Source: Pavona decussata (lineage: Eukaryota). Taken from it: a stretch of DNA of 64,000 bases. A model generated the notes under the pieces. That model was given only the letters and a program-made list of their open reading frames with translations, had not been told where the DNA came from and did no database searches. Each line of letters begins with the position of its first letter. Position 1 is the stretch's first letter. Location: positions 682,001 through 746,000 of the forward strand of contig CDRNST010000226.1 of assembly GCA_977016875.1 (NCBI GenBank), written 5' to 3'. The translations under genes and the position numbers were made by a program. Of this stretch, positions 27,001-38,675 are shown piece after piece.

Positions 27001-29320
27001 ACTTAATATAGCAAAATCAAAATATAGAACCACCCTCTACAACATAGTAAACAGTACCTCAGGAAAGTACTGCCTAAAGGCTTAATAGCTTGGAAGGTCA
27101 CTCTCAAGTATTTCATCCACATACGATGACGGCGATGACGATGGCAACGACGACAACAAAATTCATATTTACAAGGAGTAAATATGTAAATTGTAATTCC
27201 TAGGATATGGATTATAATTGGTATAGTGTCGTAGTTTAAGTGTCGTCATAGGGAGTGTCGGAGTTTTCGGGGGGGGGGGGGAGTGGGGAAGGGGTGGTAA
27301 CCGTTCAAAGGGGTTAGTTTGACGAAGCGACTACTAGCGTTGGTACTTCCCGCTCTTTTCCACAAAACCTTAAATGCATCTGGCTTTCAATTTCTCGCTC
27401 CCCTGACTGTGTGTGTGTTGTTGTTGTTTTGGTCAATAGCTGATTGTTTTCATTTCGTTTGTTTAGTCCACCTACATGTGCAGCACAAACGCTGTTGATC
27501 CAGACCCCAATGTAAACAGTCTGAACAAAAGTTTGTCGTCTTTTGAAGAGATAGCGACGGCCTGCATGGGGCATTACAAATTCAGGTACATTCGGTTCAA
27601 TAGTTTTAATTTATTTTAGACCTACTGTAGAATTGTAAAATTGACGAGCTACCATTACTTCGGTTTCGCTTTCATGTGAATCGTCGGCCAGAAGCAACTT
27701 AGAGCGGTTTTCAGTTGATTGTAGAAAGTAATTTCGCGATTGTTTTGTTTTGTTTTTGCTCTTCTACGCTCTGTGATTGGTTGGTAAAGCTCTCGCCATT
27801 TTCTTAACCAATGAGAAGCCAAAGCAAAACCATTCTTGACTCGCTCGTACTCGTTTTCCCGCGCTTGGCGCCGGTTACAAGTATTTGCTGCGAATCCTGA
27901 TTGGTTAATTACACTCTTTTTGTCTGTTGTGATTGGTCAAAGTAATTACTTTGGTTTTGGTTTCACGACACTCATCGAAAACCGCTCCATATCCAACCCA
28001 TGTTTGGTCCTGGATTGGCCTAGAAATGAGATTATTATTATTATTAAACGTTATGTTATTGGTTAGTATTTACAATGCCACGTTTGAAATGAATGTGCTG
28101 ATGGCATATCGTCAACGGACGAATTTTTTATCCAGATACCTGTTTGAAGGAGTTGGTTTTCTTGTATCTTCCATTCTCGTTTCAAATCTCTCGGAGATCA
28201 AGAGGATCAATCCAAGTGGCATTAAGAAAATGTAAGTAAAAACCCGTCTTTTGGAGAAATGTGATGTTACGTGATGTTATGTTTTTAGCCTGGTGAATAA
28301 ATCAAAGATGTATTTTTTTTTCAGTCAGTAACACAGGTATACCCGGAATGCACCTATGACCTTCCGATTACTAGTTTGAATACTCTACCAGGAGACTCGT
28401 GGGAGCAAGGCCGAGTATGTCTTTGTCACTGACTGCAAAAATACGTCTATCAAATCCGTTTTTCTATCGCTTTTAGCGAGAAAGCAAGGACCTTTATCCA
28501 CACATTCTCAGCTAAATACTTAACGACCTAAAGCAACCGTGACTTTCTCAAAGGGACCAATAGCTGTGACTTTCGCTTTTACCGTGTTTTGACGTCATCA
28601 GTGAAGGCACAAACGCCAAAACGAACGGGTTTTTTTTATGTCCGTGGTAAGAAGCGAATGTTGCCAGTAATAAGAACATGACGGTTCCGTTTGCGGACTG
28701 AAGCGTCTAGGGAATGAATGCATTGTTGCTCCAGGTCCCTATTGACCCCTAATATCAAAGAACAAATTCCCCTATCTTGTCCCCATACTTTTCTTATAAA
28801 AGCACTGGGGAGAAGTTATTAAAATATCAAGAAAATTCACCTTAGTGATCCTATCCTTAATTGTCGTGACCTCAGGGGTTGAGGAGAAATTTGATGCTGA
28901 TCACAGTTAGGGCTTAAAGGGTTATTGCTGCGTTGGTTTGGTCTTTTTTCTCATCGTATTTTATCCTGGTATTTTCTAGGTGCCGTAACATCTTTGCAAT
29001 TCAGCAAAACCTGACAAACATCACCATGTCGCGCGAGGGAGACCTGGACCGAGCCCGACAGTATTATGAACTGCTCTACTCTAACCCGGATGTAAGTACC
29101 AGGCCGCTCTCCGCTGAATGCGTTCCTTCAACAAACGATTTATTTCTGCGTCTCTTTTTCTGCGCAGGAAATATTGACGTCCATTGACGAACAAGGTGCC
29201 AAGTTTACCCAGAAGGAGTACGCTGACCTCTTGTCACTGCACGCACGCAGTCAGTCATTTAGAGACAACAGTGCGCATGAGCGACGACTGCAGAGGCTGG
29301 ACGATATATTCAAGAAATGA
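6074..29320 (+). CDS. EXOC4: Exocyst complex component 4 (Sec8), 34 coding exons, 976 aa
   Basis: GT-AG exons join in frame: 6074-6130, 6206-6246, 6517-6605, 7305-7367, 7472-7610, 8638-8726, 9180-9256, 9511-9634, 10456-10521, 10692-10744, 10955-11059, 11693-11763, 12378-12411, 12561-12665, 12938-13018, 14199-14281, 14793-14850, 15637-15729, 16240-16327, 17233-17296, 17836-17939, 18544-18617, 18890-19028, 19764-19854, 20789-20843, 21079-21126, 21800-21907, 22597-22698, 25696-25730, 26798-26912, 27467-27585, 28136-28231, 28980-29091, 29168-29320 (2931 nt). Sec8 signature peptides include [77 protein letters not shown] and [38 protein letters not shown]. Confidence 0.96.
8785..9120 (-). mobile_element. 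Degenerate CR1/L2-type LINE 3' end
   Basis: Minus-strand remnant [16 protein letters not shown], followed by a 3' UTR ending in AATAAA and a (TGA)n-rich tail. Confidence 0.45.
10176..10302. repeat. Degenerate 9-bp tandem repeat (GAACCAGCT)n
   Basis: About 14 imperfect units in an EXOC4 intron. It explains the AGSAES-type spurious ORF. Confidence 0.7.
13048..13208. mobile_element. MITE with TAGACTGCGAGCAGTCTCT TIRs
   Basis: TAGACTGCGAGCAGTCTCT...AGAGACTGCTCGCAGTCTA, a perfect 19-bp inverted repeat. Confidence 0.75.
13302..13454. mobile_element. Tc1/mariner-type MITE (TA target site)
   Basis: About 28-bp TIRs CAGTGTAATGAACTCAACCGGGGCCACC / GGTGGCCCCAGTTGAGTTCATTGTACTG flanked by TA. Confidence 0.75.
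13774..14169 (-). mobile_element. 5'-truncated CR1/L2-type LINE with candidate 8-bp TSD
   Basis: ORF2 C-terminus HDYNTR...[34 protein letters not shown] (13936-14157), then a 3' UTR and AT-rich tail. TAAATATC occurs at 13766-13773 and 14170-14177. Confidence 0.75.
18200..18412 (+). mobile_element. CR1/L2-type LINE 3' fragment
   Basis: LPLPKP...[17 protein letters not shown]...AKSLRELKK is typical of an ORF2 C-terminus. It ends in AAATAAA. Confidence 0.65.
19040..19510. repeat. Degenerate C-rich minisatellite of about 21-22 bp
   Basis: Recurrent CCCCTGAATACTAC(T/C)TACT-like units in an EXOC4 intron. Confidence 0.65.
25808..25993. mobile_element. Tc1/mariner (pogo-like) MITE
   Basis: TIRs CAGTCAACTCTCT / AGAGAGTTGACTG flanked by TA. 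Confidence 0.75.
26055..26333. repeat. 28-bp minisatellite, about 10 copies
   Basis: Unit CAAGTTTTCCCGCGCTTG(A/G)CAC(T/C)GGTTT, present as two interspersed variants. Confidence 0.9.
26424..26664. mobile_element. Non-autonomous DNA transposon with 7-bp TSD (P/hAT-like)
   Basis: TIRs CAGGGGCCCATTAC / GTAATGGGCTCCTG. GCGATAT is duplicated at 26417-26423 and 26665-26671. Confidence 0.75.
27700..27989 (+). mobile_element. About 290-bp MITE (TAGAGCGGTTTTC family)
   Basis: TIR TAGAGCGGTTTTC...GAAAACCGCTC. Other copies lie at 52485-52776 (inverted) and about 36290-36550 (degenerate). Confidence 0.8.
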
Positions 29321-30442
29321 TTGGTAGATTTCTCCGCGCACAAGTAATGTTCGGTCTATTTAGACCACCAGATTGCCGTGTTGTTCTCGACAGTTAGGTT
29401 AAGGGAAGTGCGAGGAAAAAAAGTTCAAAATGTCACATCTGAATGAACGTTACTGAATAGTACTTTCCTGCGTTGCTGTTTATTTTGTTTATCTTTAAGT
29501 GGAAAAATTGCCAAATCTGGTCAAATTAGAACTCTGGAGCCGTACAATCCAGCTTCGTAAAGTAGACCAATCTTTGTTTTATCACAGTAAACGCGTGCGC
29601 AACTGATGTCCTTTTCAAAATACTCTTGTTATTCGCATTTTAAAATGAAAGATTCTCCGCTTGTCACAAGTACCGTTTGCATTAGACTTTCAGTTTGCCG
29701 TGAGAAAACAATAGTGGTCTCCCTTGTTAATGGTGTAACACCGCTTAGAGAGGTAAATCTAAAAGGACCACCGTTGAAATTATCCCTGCGTCTTTTAGTT
29801 CTGAAAACGTTTGACAGAAAACGCAAGTACTTGTTAAAATTGGCTTCTCCTGTTGGGAGAACGGTAACAGGGGAATACCCCGTTACCGTTGTTAGGGTGT
29901 CCCATCCGGGCTTCTCGTTTCATTCTATTTTGCATAGTGATCTATCTCAGTTTACGTCTCCGTAAGTAATAAAAAAAAAGTTGACCTAGGCGAGCTTCCC
30001 AAAATTTAATTAATTTTTTAAAAAAACTAGAGATATTTGTCATTGGATTGATCAACAAAGAATATGTACAAAAGTTTATACTTAATAAATAAATACAATA
30101 GGTTTATAACATTAACTTGTCTTTCAGCAAGTCAACAGTATTAAGGATAGCCATGGGTTTTTTTTCTATTTTTTTTTTTTTAATTTTAGTAAAGCTATAG
30201 ATATGGAATTTCCTTTCATATAATGAATATCACTGACAACGTCTGTGTTCAGTGGTTTTTTTGCCATATAGTACTGTTTTGAAAACGTGTACGTTGGTAC
30301 AAAGTACACGTGATCTGCTTACTGATGTAGTCTTGTCAAACTGAAACTCGTTAGCACACCCTCAGCTTTTCGTGGACGTGGAGAAAGTTGAGGTCCTGGT
30401 GACTAATTTGCGTTTCAGCTCACTCGATCTTAGTGAGTACAA

Positions 30443-30616
30443 TAGGCCATTTCCGAGTTGCCTTGAATGTCATTTACAAAAGCGAGGTTGAGTGCAAAGC
30501 TTTTCATGTGAAAATTAGTTTTGTTTGCATATGAATGAAAACTAATTTTCATATTAAAAACTTTGCACGAAGCCTCGCTTTCATAATGAGGTTAAAAGCA
30601 ACTCGGAAATGGCCTG
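30443..30616. mobile_element. Palindromic MITE (TAGGCCATTTCCGAGTTG family)
   Basis: The whole element is a near-perfect inverted repeat. A second copy in opposite orientation lies at about 31143-31315. Confidence 0.8.
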
Positions 30617-31142
30617 TTGTGAAAGGGTTTTAGCAGGTAAAATTGTGTTCTTTTTGTTTTGTTTGTTTGTTTTATGATAATTTCTTGTACAGTTTGCATA
30701 TCTTGTGACATGCTACTTCCAAAACTTGAAATTTATTGGTAAAATCCCTGCCTGAAATTGTAATTTGTATCCCTAATTTTTAAGAGTTACGTACAAGTGA
30801 TTTCTAAAACAATCATACAATGTTGTATGCAATAAAGTTATTGATTCTTGATATGCATTGTCTTACCGGCTGTTTGGTGCGATGGTTGATGCACTATGAT
30901 GATAACTCATTCAGCTCATTTTGTGGATGCCTTGCTGCTCCAATCATCCCTGGTTTTGGTAGCACAAAGACATAAGACTATTTCAACATTGTTAGGCGAA
31001 TTCTTCGTTGCTTCGAAAACTCTAGCCTGGCGCACATCGCGTATTGATTCTCTTAAGCGCGCGTAAATCTTCCAGGGAAATCCCCCCGTTTACGTTTGAT
31101 TATCAGATGTGAACGCATTTAAATACCAAAACAGTTTTTGAA

Positions 31143-31315
31143 TGGGTAGTTTCCGAGTTGTTGTGAACCTCACTATGAAAGTGAGGCTACGTGCAAAGTT
31201 TTTATTATGAAAATTAGTTTTCATTCATATGCAAACAAAACTAATTTTCATATGAATAGTTTTGCACTTAGTCTCGCTTTCACAATGAGGTTCAAACCAA
31301 GTCGGAAATGGCCTA
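31143..31315. mobile_element. Palindromic MITE, second copy
   Basis: Same family as 30443-30616, with the central core reverse-complemented. Confidence 0.75.
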
Positions 31316-32660
31316 TTGGTTAGTGAGCTTGAAAGTGTAGGCGATGGAAGCGAAATGAAAATTAGTTGGAATTGTACATGGAGTGAGAAAGAGCAATAAA
31401 CTAACAAGACTCAAAAAATAAAGTTATTTTAATGAAATACATAAATAATAAACTGAGACATATACTATTTTACATCATAAATAAAATTTTCCGTGTGTAC
31501 AATGTACAATTTCTAGTATATTCCATCATTCAGTACAGACTTCCGAGTGATATAACATAGTTCTATTAGTAGTATTTTTGGTATTCATCCTTGGAAGTAA
31601 AGGCAACTTAATATTTTTTCGAGTGTTTTCTTTTTTAGTGCAGTGATACGAATGTAATATCTTTTAGTAACTTTTTATACTGGCAAACAGTGTTATTAAG
31701 GTATACGAATGAATTTTATGAACTCAATAACCAACACTCATAATGTCAATTTAACCCTCCTAGTCCTTTAGGTAACTTCCTCGTCATTTCTCTTTTTCAA
31801 GTCCCTTGACTTTCACTGTCGAATACAAATTGAATGAACTGTCTTTTATCTCCACTAGACAGCGAGGAAATAGTGTCAACAGCTTACCCAGAATGTGCTT
31901 TAATTTCTAATTTACTCCAACCTCCCAAATCTTTTGAGCAAATCAGATAGCTGAGATATTCCTGAAAATCTTGACTTGATGTTGAGGCTCAGAAGAGTTG
32001 AACAATCGAAATCTAACGTAATTCCTCGAAGCTTTGCAGTCACTGTTTCTATTAATTGTTTTAGGGTTTGGGATAATTGTTAGCCTTCATTCACATTCTA
32101 CTTAACAGCGAGGTTTAGGGCCTTTAACAGTAGAAATACATCAGTATGTCTTCAACAGAGCCTTTCTCAGGCATTTCTACTGTTTTAGTCCTTTGCGCCT
32201 CGCTTTCGAGAATTGCTTGTATTCGTAACGACGCTCGTAATGACTTGACGGCAAGTCCTCCGAACCTCTCTGTAGAGCAGAATTTCCCCCCTTCACAACG
32301 AGGCTTGCAGTCGTTTCTGTTGTGAAAGCCCCTTTGGCCTCGTTGTCGCATTCATAACGAGGCTAGCAGAAATTGGCTAGCAAAATCGAATTTTCGGTGT
32401 GACCAGTCAGTTTGCAGTAATATTTTCTGTTGTGCAAGTCGTCCGAGCTCGCTGTTGAGTAGAATGCTAACTTTAACTTCGATAATCTCAAGTTCTTGAT
32501 CGGTAATGAACATTCTGACTACTACGTCCACATCCTAACATAACTTAAAAATACTATTGGCAGTCGCATTCAATGTTAATTAAGAGTGTTAAATCAAGAG
32601 TAGATAAAATGCTACCGACATAAAAAGTTCATAGATTTCTGAGATAATCTGAGGAGTGAA

Positions 32661-35600
32661 TTAATCTTGCATAGCGAACCAGGGATGCTGAAGAGCTTCT
32701 CTCAATGTTGGCCGGTTCGTTGGAACAGTGTTAAGAAGAGAAGAGATCAAATTCTTCACCTCTGTTGGAATAAAAAGAGGCAAAGTTTTAAGAAACCTTT
32801 TGCTACTTTTTGAACAATTTGGAAAACGGCGAAGAGGTAAGGGCTATAGTTTCGAGCATACCATTATTAAATTAATTTAGAGTTTAAAAAAAATTTCGCT
32901 GTATCTTCGAATCCGTACCTTACGTAATAGATCAAACACGACTGTTTCCTCCGATTTCCAAACACCGAGAAGTAGGTTGGAAAAACTAGGCGCAGCCCAA
33001 TTGTTTTTTAACCAACTTCGAGGTGTTTGGAAATAGGAGGAAACACTCTTTCGAGTGTTTGATATAGCTTCTCAAACTATTGACAATTCTTGGAGAAAAT
33101 CGAAGCAAAAGTTCACAAAATGTTATGATAATTAAGATCACATTTCCAAACCTCCTTCACGGTAGTGATTTCCTTTGTTTTCTCTTCATGAATTATTAAT
33201 GAGTTTGAGAAGGTAGCTTAACATACTACTGAGACGAGAACGTACGAAGTTTATGTTCCAAAAGAAAGAATGTACGGAAAGTATGCATACCGCCAAGGTG
33301 TCCTTTACTAGAAATATTTTGACGCTTAATTCGCTCTGTTTTACTGAAGCATACCTGATGAAAGATGTTCTGGAATCCGGGGCGACACATTCAGAGCTTG
33401 TTCGGGTTTATCAAACGCCATTATTGGGGATAAGATTTCCACCAAAAGGATTCCCATCTGCCAAACAGTGCCTTGACAGCCATCGTACTTCCCTGTTCTC
33501 AGGTATTCAGGTGGTGTGTAAGAATTGGTTCCTGAAACACGCCAATAGTTTTCAATCAGCAAGGTTTAACATCGTCACTCAGATTTAAAAAAAAAAAAAA
33601 CGGGCACTCTGATTGGCTAAAAGCTGTGCTCCCATGATGCCATGAAAATACGATATTGTAAATATTTCGTGGGAACACTTGTAGACGTTACACGTTACAC
33701 CTCCACAGCAAACCAGCAATTAGCTCAAAATTTACCTCTTCCTTTACATTTTACCAAAGATGTCTATTCTATTATGCGTTTTAAATTTGATTGAAGAATG
33801 AAACAGACAGCAACGAATATTCATACTAAGTGATTCAGCCAAATTTCACATAGGATCAATATAATGGTCTGTTATATGAACAGAACAAAGTAAAGTTAAG
33901 GTATGAAAGCAAGACTAGCGTACTATGTGAAAATATGGAAGAATATCGTACACCATTTCTTTCTCACCTCGAAATTTATCAAACGGCTTCACCTGGACCT
34001 CGGATGCCAATCCAAAATCGATTAACTTGGCTTCGTCGTTGCGTAGATCGACCAAGATGTTCTCAGGTTTAAGATCTCGATGAATGACGCCATTCTCCTC
34101 ACAGCTGATGTTAGCCTCTAGGATCTGAGAAAAGTATCGCCTGGCCTCCCTCTCAGAGAGCGTCACCTTGAGCTGTAGAATGTCGAACAAGTCCTTGCAC
34201 ATCTCTGGTCGTTCCATGACGTAAACGTAGTGTTCTTCCGTTGTGAAAATTTCGTATATTTTGACCACGTAGCGATGTTGGGCCTTGTTTTGAAGAAAAG
34301 CTTCGGCTGGAATTCGTTTGCCGTTAATCTAAGATAGCCGGGGAGATTCATTACATTCAGAAGTGACTGAACAAAAAATACGTTAATTATGAATCAAAAG
34401 GGTAATCTCCCCCGATTGTTTAAGGACGTTAATGCTGCTGCGCATACATTCTCACATCTCGGGATCGGATGGTCAAGGAAACTGCGATTTGTTTTAAAAG
34501 GACGATGTCTATTAGTACAACGGTATGTTTACGCGGTTTATGACTATGCGGGAAAAGAAGATCTTAGCAAGGTCTGTTGGAATCGGAAAAGAAAATTGGG
34601 GTTTAACCACGCATTTTTCAGAGATGTTAAGCTTCAAACTGGATAAAAAGAATCCCATATATACATTGTTATGTATTTTTAAGTTTTATTTTAGAATTAG
34701 TGATGATTAATTATCTCTGAAAAATGCGTGGTTTCCTCCATCATCTTTTTGGGTTTCCGATAGTCCTTGCTAAGATCTGCAGTTTTAGTCCGCAAAGTCA
34801 TAAACTGCGCAGAAATACTGATACCCCTGTATTAAGCTGATTAAGAGGAATAGACCAAGACTGGACATTCCATTTTTGCGAAAGCATCGAAAGTGATCAC
34901 AATTTGTTGCTTGCAAGCATTCGTGCGCATTACATAAAGTACTGATGTGGGAGACTCACCTCTTTAAGTTCACGGACAGATTCCTTTGAAACGAATTTAA
35001 GGGCGACCTAGAATGGATGAGAAATTAAAAATTATCTGTTTAATTCAAATGTTTAATAAAGGAACGGATAGAAACCACAATTGCAGTGAGCAACGTTTGG
35101 TGTTCTCATGCCGTTACATTGTGCAGTTCTGCGTTCATTTCCAACTTAGAAAAGTCATTTCCAAGGCTCAGATCCAATTTGGATATCGTTTTTAAAATCA
35201 AACAAACGACTTCGCCGCGCCATTGGCAGTTCCACCTTGAATTTAAGGTAATAAAAATTCCAGGCTGATCTATTTCTGCAGACGCAGTTACCTCAATCGG
35301 AAATTTCTATCTCTGGCTTCACAAGAATAAGACAATCCCAAAGACCATTGTCTTAGGAGCCAGTTTCTGAGATCGTTTTCTTCCCTTACCGGAATGTTGT
35401 CTTTCTTTCGTGTGGCGGCAACAACTTGACCAAATGAACCGTAACCGATCACATCCCCAAGATTGTAGTTGGAAAGACGATCTAAACACAAAGAAAAAGG
35501 GTAAGGATATTTTATGATTGAAATGAACTAATGAATGAATGCTTGCATGCATGCATGGGTAGGTAGCTGGATGAATTGATGAGTGGCAGGGCAATTGATG

Positions 35601-37489
35601 GATGGATTAAAAACATTTTGCATTTACGGATCGGATTGAAGTGAAAAAAATTTCAAGAACATGTAACAACATATTATACAAAATAGGGGATTACTTAGAT
35701 TAGGCAAGATAAGGCTTCTGTTCCTCTAAACTATTAATATTTGAAAGAACCATTTACAATTTAAAAAGAAAACGTACGATCTAAGCTGATCTTTTTGAGA
35801 AACTCTGCCTGCTCAGTTTGGTGTCCTTCAGGACCTGATAAACTCGAGCCACTTGAGATCGGAGAATAACTGATTGGCTTGTGTTCTCTTTTATTGAACC
35901 ATTCCTGTACCTAAATAATAAAGAAAGCAGATCATGAATGGCACTATAGTGCAACTTATACTTTGACCGTTAGAGAAAAAAACAGAGGGAGTGATAGAAA
36001 TTGAAAAAAAAAAAAAAATGGTTTGTCGGATGTACCCAAGAACCCACAAAAGAAGGTCGCCTTTCAATTATACTCGCTGTTTATTTGGTTGACATAGCGG
36101 TGGCGTAAGAATATCTTTTTCTGTTTGCATGGGACAGTCTGGTTGAGCTATCAAAGTGTTATTTGTTAATTGTATGGTCTCCTGAGATAGACCAAGTCGG
36201 CAACAAGGAGGGTAAAGAATAAAAATCATTTGTCCGGGCGGAAACGATCAGTTGGCCATTAACAGTATTCTGTATAAAGAGTGTTTTTTTTTTTTAGATC
36301 AGTGTCAAAAGAAATTCACGTTGGTTTTGATTTCTTTTTTTCCTACCCTCTGTGATTGGCTACAAAGGCTCGTGTTAGTTTCTCGACCAATAACTGAGCA
36401 CAAGCAACACAGGTCTTTATCGCAAGGATTTTCCCGCGTTGTTCGCCAGTTTTCATTGGTACATTGCGTCTGTTGGTCTCTGTTGTGATTGACCACATAA
36501 GAAATGACTCTGAGTTTGGTTTTACAACACTTAATTGAAAACAACTCTGCAGGGTTAAAAAGATTGAAAACTAAAAGCTAGTTGTCACCTACTTTGGGGT
36601 CGAGACGTAGATTTCCTTTATTACTCAAACTTTGCCTTTCCAGCGAATATTTTTCGGATTCGCTCCATGCGTATCTCGGTTTTTGCCTGCACGAAAACGA
36701 ACACAAAAAGAAATTAAACAAAAAATGTCTGAATCCTTTGAATTTCTGCATATTAATACATGTTAAAATGTACTACTTAATATAAAAATCTTTACCTTTT
36801 CTTCTTGGAACTTTTCTTTTGGGGGTGACCTTCGCTGAAGTAAGTCTGTTGAAAATCCGTGAAAAGCACACGGCACATTATAAAATTATAGATCTCATTA
36901 TGAATTACAGTCACTTGATAAATTTGATAAATACTTCAAAGGATTTGCAATATTCCAAAAAACTTTCAACATTAAAGAAAGCTACCAATAAAATACTTGA
37001 AAGAAGTAGCTCGTAGGGATGCATGAACTATTAAAACTGAAAAAAATCCGAATCATTATTGGATTCTTCAACACAGTCCAGGAATTTTTCTGTCAACTTC
37101 TTTATTAATTTTGACAATTTGAACGGGCAGTACTGTTCGCGATACTAAAAAGTTTCGCAAAGTTTTTCGTTGAAGTCGAATTTGTACCGCGATAACAAAG
37201 AGACCTCGAAAAACGCCAAAAAAATTTCATGTCGCGAAAAAATCCCATAATAAGGTAAGCTTATTTTACATTAAGTTTAAAAGAATTAGCCGTATCATTT
37301 TTAATACAATTTTTTTACCTATTTAGAGAGACTTACCCTTTTTGGGGCTCTTGGTTTTTCACTTGGGCAAGGTACAACTCCAGCCCTGGGGCAGGAGGTT
37401 TTCTCTTCTGCTAAACGAGATCGTTTTTTAACAGTTTCACCAGACGATTGGCGAGTCCTCTTCAAACTGCGCTTATTTTGCTCGGACAT
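32661..37489 (-). CDS. Pim-family serine/threonine kinase, 9 exons, 402 aa, with basic N-terminal extension
   Basis: Exons 37489-37337, 36845-36796, 36686-36593, 35910-35778, 35481-35390, 35007-34960, 34328-33968, 33531-33355 and 32761-32661 splice in frame. Kinase motifs are GYGSFG, VALK, HRDLKPEN, DFG and YTPPE. Pim-diagnostic features are the hinge MERPE..KDLFD, the lack of the subdomain IX Asp (YDGCQGTVWQMG) and the C-terminal RPTLREALQHPWF. The N-terminal exons are less certain than the kinase exons. Confidence 0.88.
32931..33212 (+). mobile_element. GA-mismatch hairpin plus IR-bounded body element
   Basis: Hairpin at 32931-33063 with GA.GA mismatches and a GGC-GCA-GCC apex. Body bounded by CTTCTCAAACT (33068-33078) and AGTTTGAGAAG (33202-33212). 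Confidence 0.7.
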
Positions 37490-38397
37490 AATTGATCCGT
37501 AAAACGAATTTCGAAATAGAGACTTTGCGTGTTAGTTAAAACGTTTATCAATTCTCTCCGTGTGAACGGCAAGCTTTACAGCACTGAAATTATTGTTGCC
37601 ATGGAAAACTTTCAAAATAACCATTTTGTAATTGTGACGATTTGCGCGCGCTTTAGAACAGTAAAGTTGCGCGAGGAAAAATACTTCACAGTCATTTGTA
37701 TAATTTAGTCATCCTCGCAACTGACTGCGTGTCTCCGGTGACCTGTCGATTTGAATGAAGAATTCCGCAAAAATTGAGTCACACCGTCATGTAGTATGAT
37801 AATTCTTTAGATAAAAACCATGAATTTTTATTTTCAGTGTCCACAATTAGCTGGCAAGCTAAATACTCTGACACTCAAATTAAGTTCATTCATTCATTTA
37901 TATGAAATATGAAACATACGTACTGCGGACGTCATGAATCTAATCCCGTTCAAGCCGAATTTTTTTCAGGCTTCTTTTCGCAGCATACGTAACTTAAATC
38001 TCATGGTCTTTTACATGGTCGGCTGCGGCTCGTTTTATCAACCTACTTCTCAGTGTTTGGATATCTGACGATACACCTTCTCGTGTTTGATATTACTTCA
38101 AAAGTTATGAAAAGAAAATATCACCTCGGCAAAATATGACAATGATTTTTTGAGCAACAAGTATTTATTAGTGCATAGAGCACCATTAAGCAAGGCCACA
38201 GAAGGCCAATATTCGAAAATGTAGACATGGTGACCCTTCTCTTTTCAGGAGGGTCACGTGGGTACCTCATTCCTGGTCAGTGCCGCGATTGCTTTCTTCA
38301 TTTGCAAATTTGGCCTTTTTCCCTTCAACTTGGGTTAATTGAAGTCGCGTCAATTTCCTATGGAAGAAACTCGTAATTTGCCAGCAGAGTGGTAGAT

Positions 38398-38675
38398 CCC
38401 AGGGGGGGGGGGGGGGGGGGGGACTCTCATATGAGAGGGGCATGCTCGTCGGAAATATTAAATTAAACCCCAAAATTAGACCAATCTGGGCGTGGCCCAA
38501 GCTTTTTTGGAAGAAACCATTTTAAAACACAGACAAATATATATTTTTAGATTTCTTTGCGTACAACCCTAAACGAGACCTTCACGGCTAAATATAATGA
38601 CGTTTTTCCCAGAAAATACTTTAAGTGAGACGACGAGCATCCCTGCCCCTTTCATATGAGAGTCCTCCCCGGGGG
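38398..38675. mobile_element. MITE with poly-G/poly-C termini
   Basis: CCCAG(G)nACTCTCATATGAGAGGGGCATGCTCGTC ... GACGAGCATCCCTGCCCCTTTCATATGAGAGTCCTCCCCGGG inverted termini. Confidence 0.7.

Noticed and set aside
29606-29965. 119-aa ORF after the EXOC4 stop
   Set aside because: It has no recognisable domain and lies in the probable 3' UTR.
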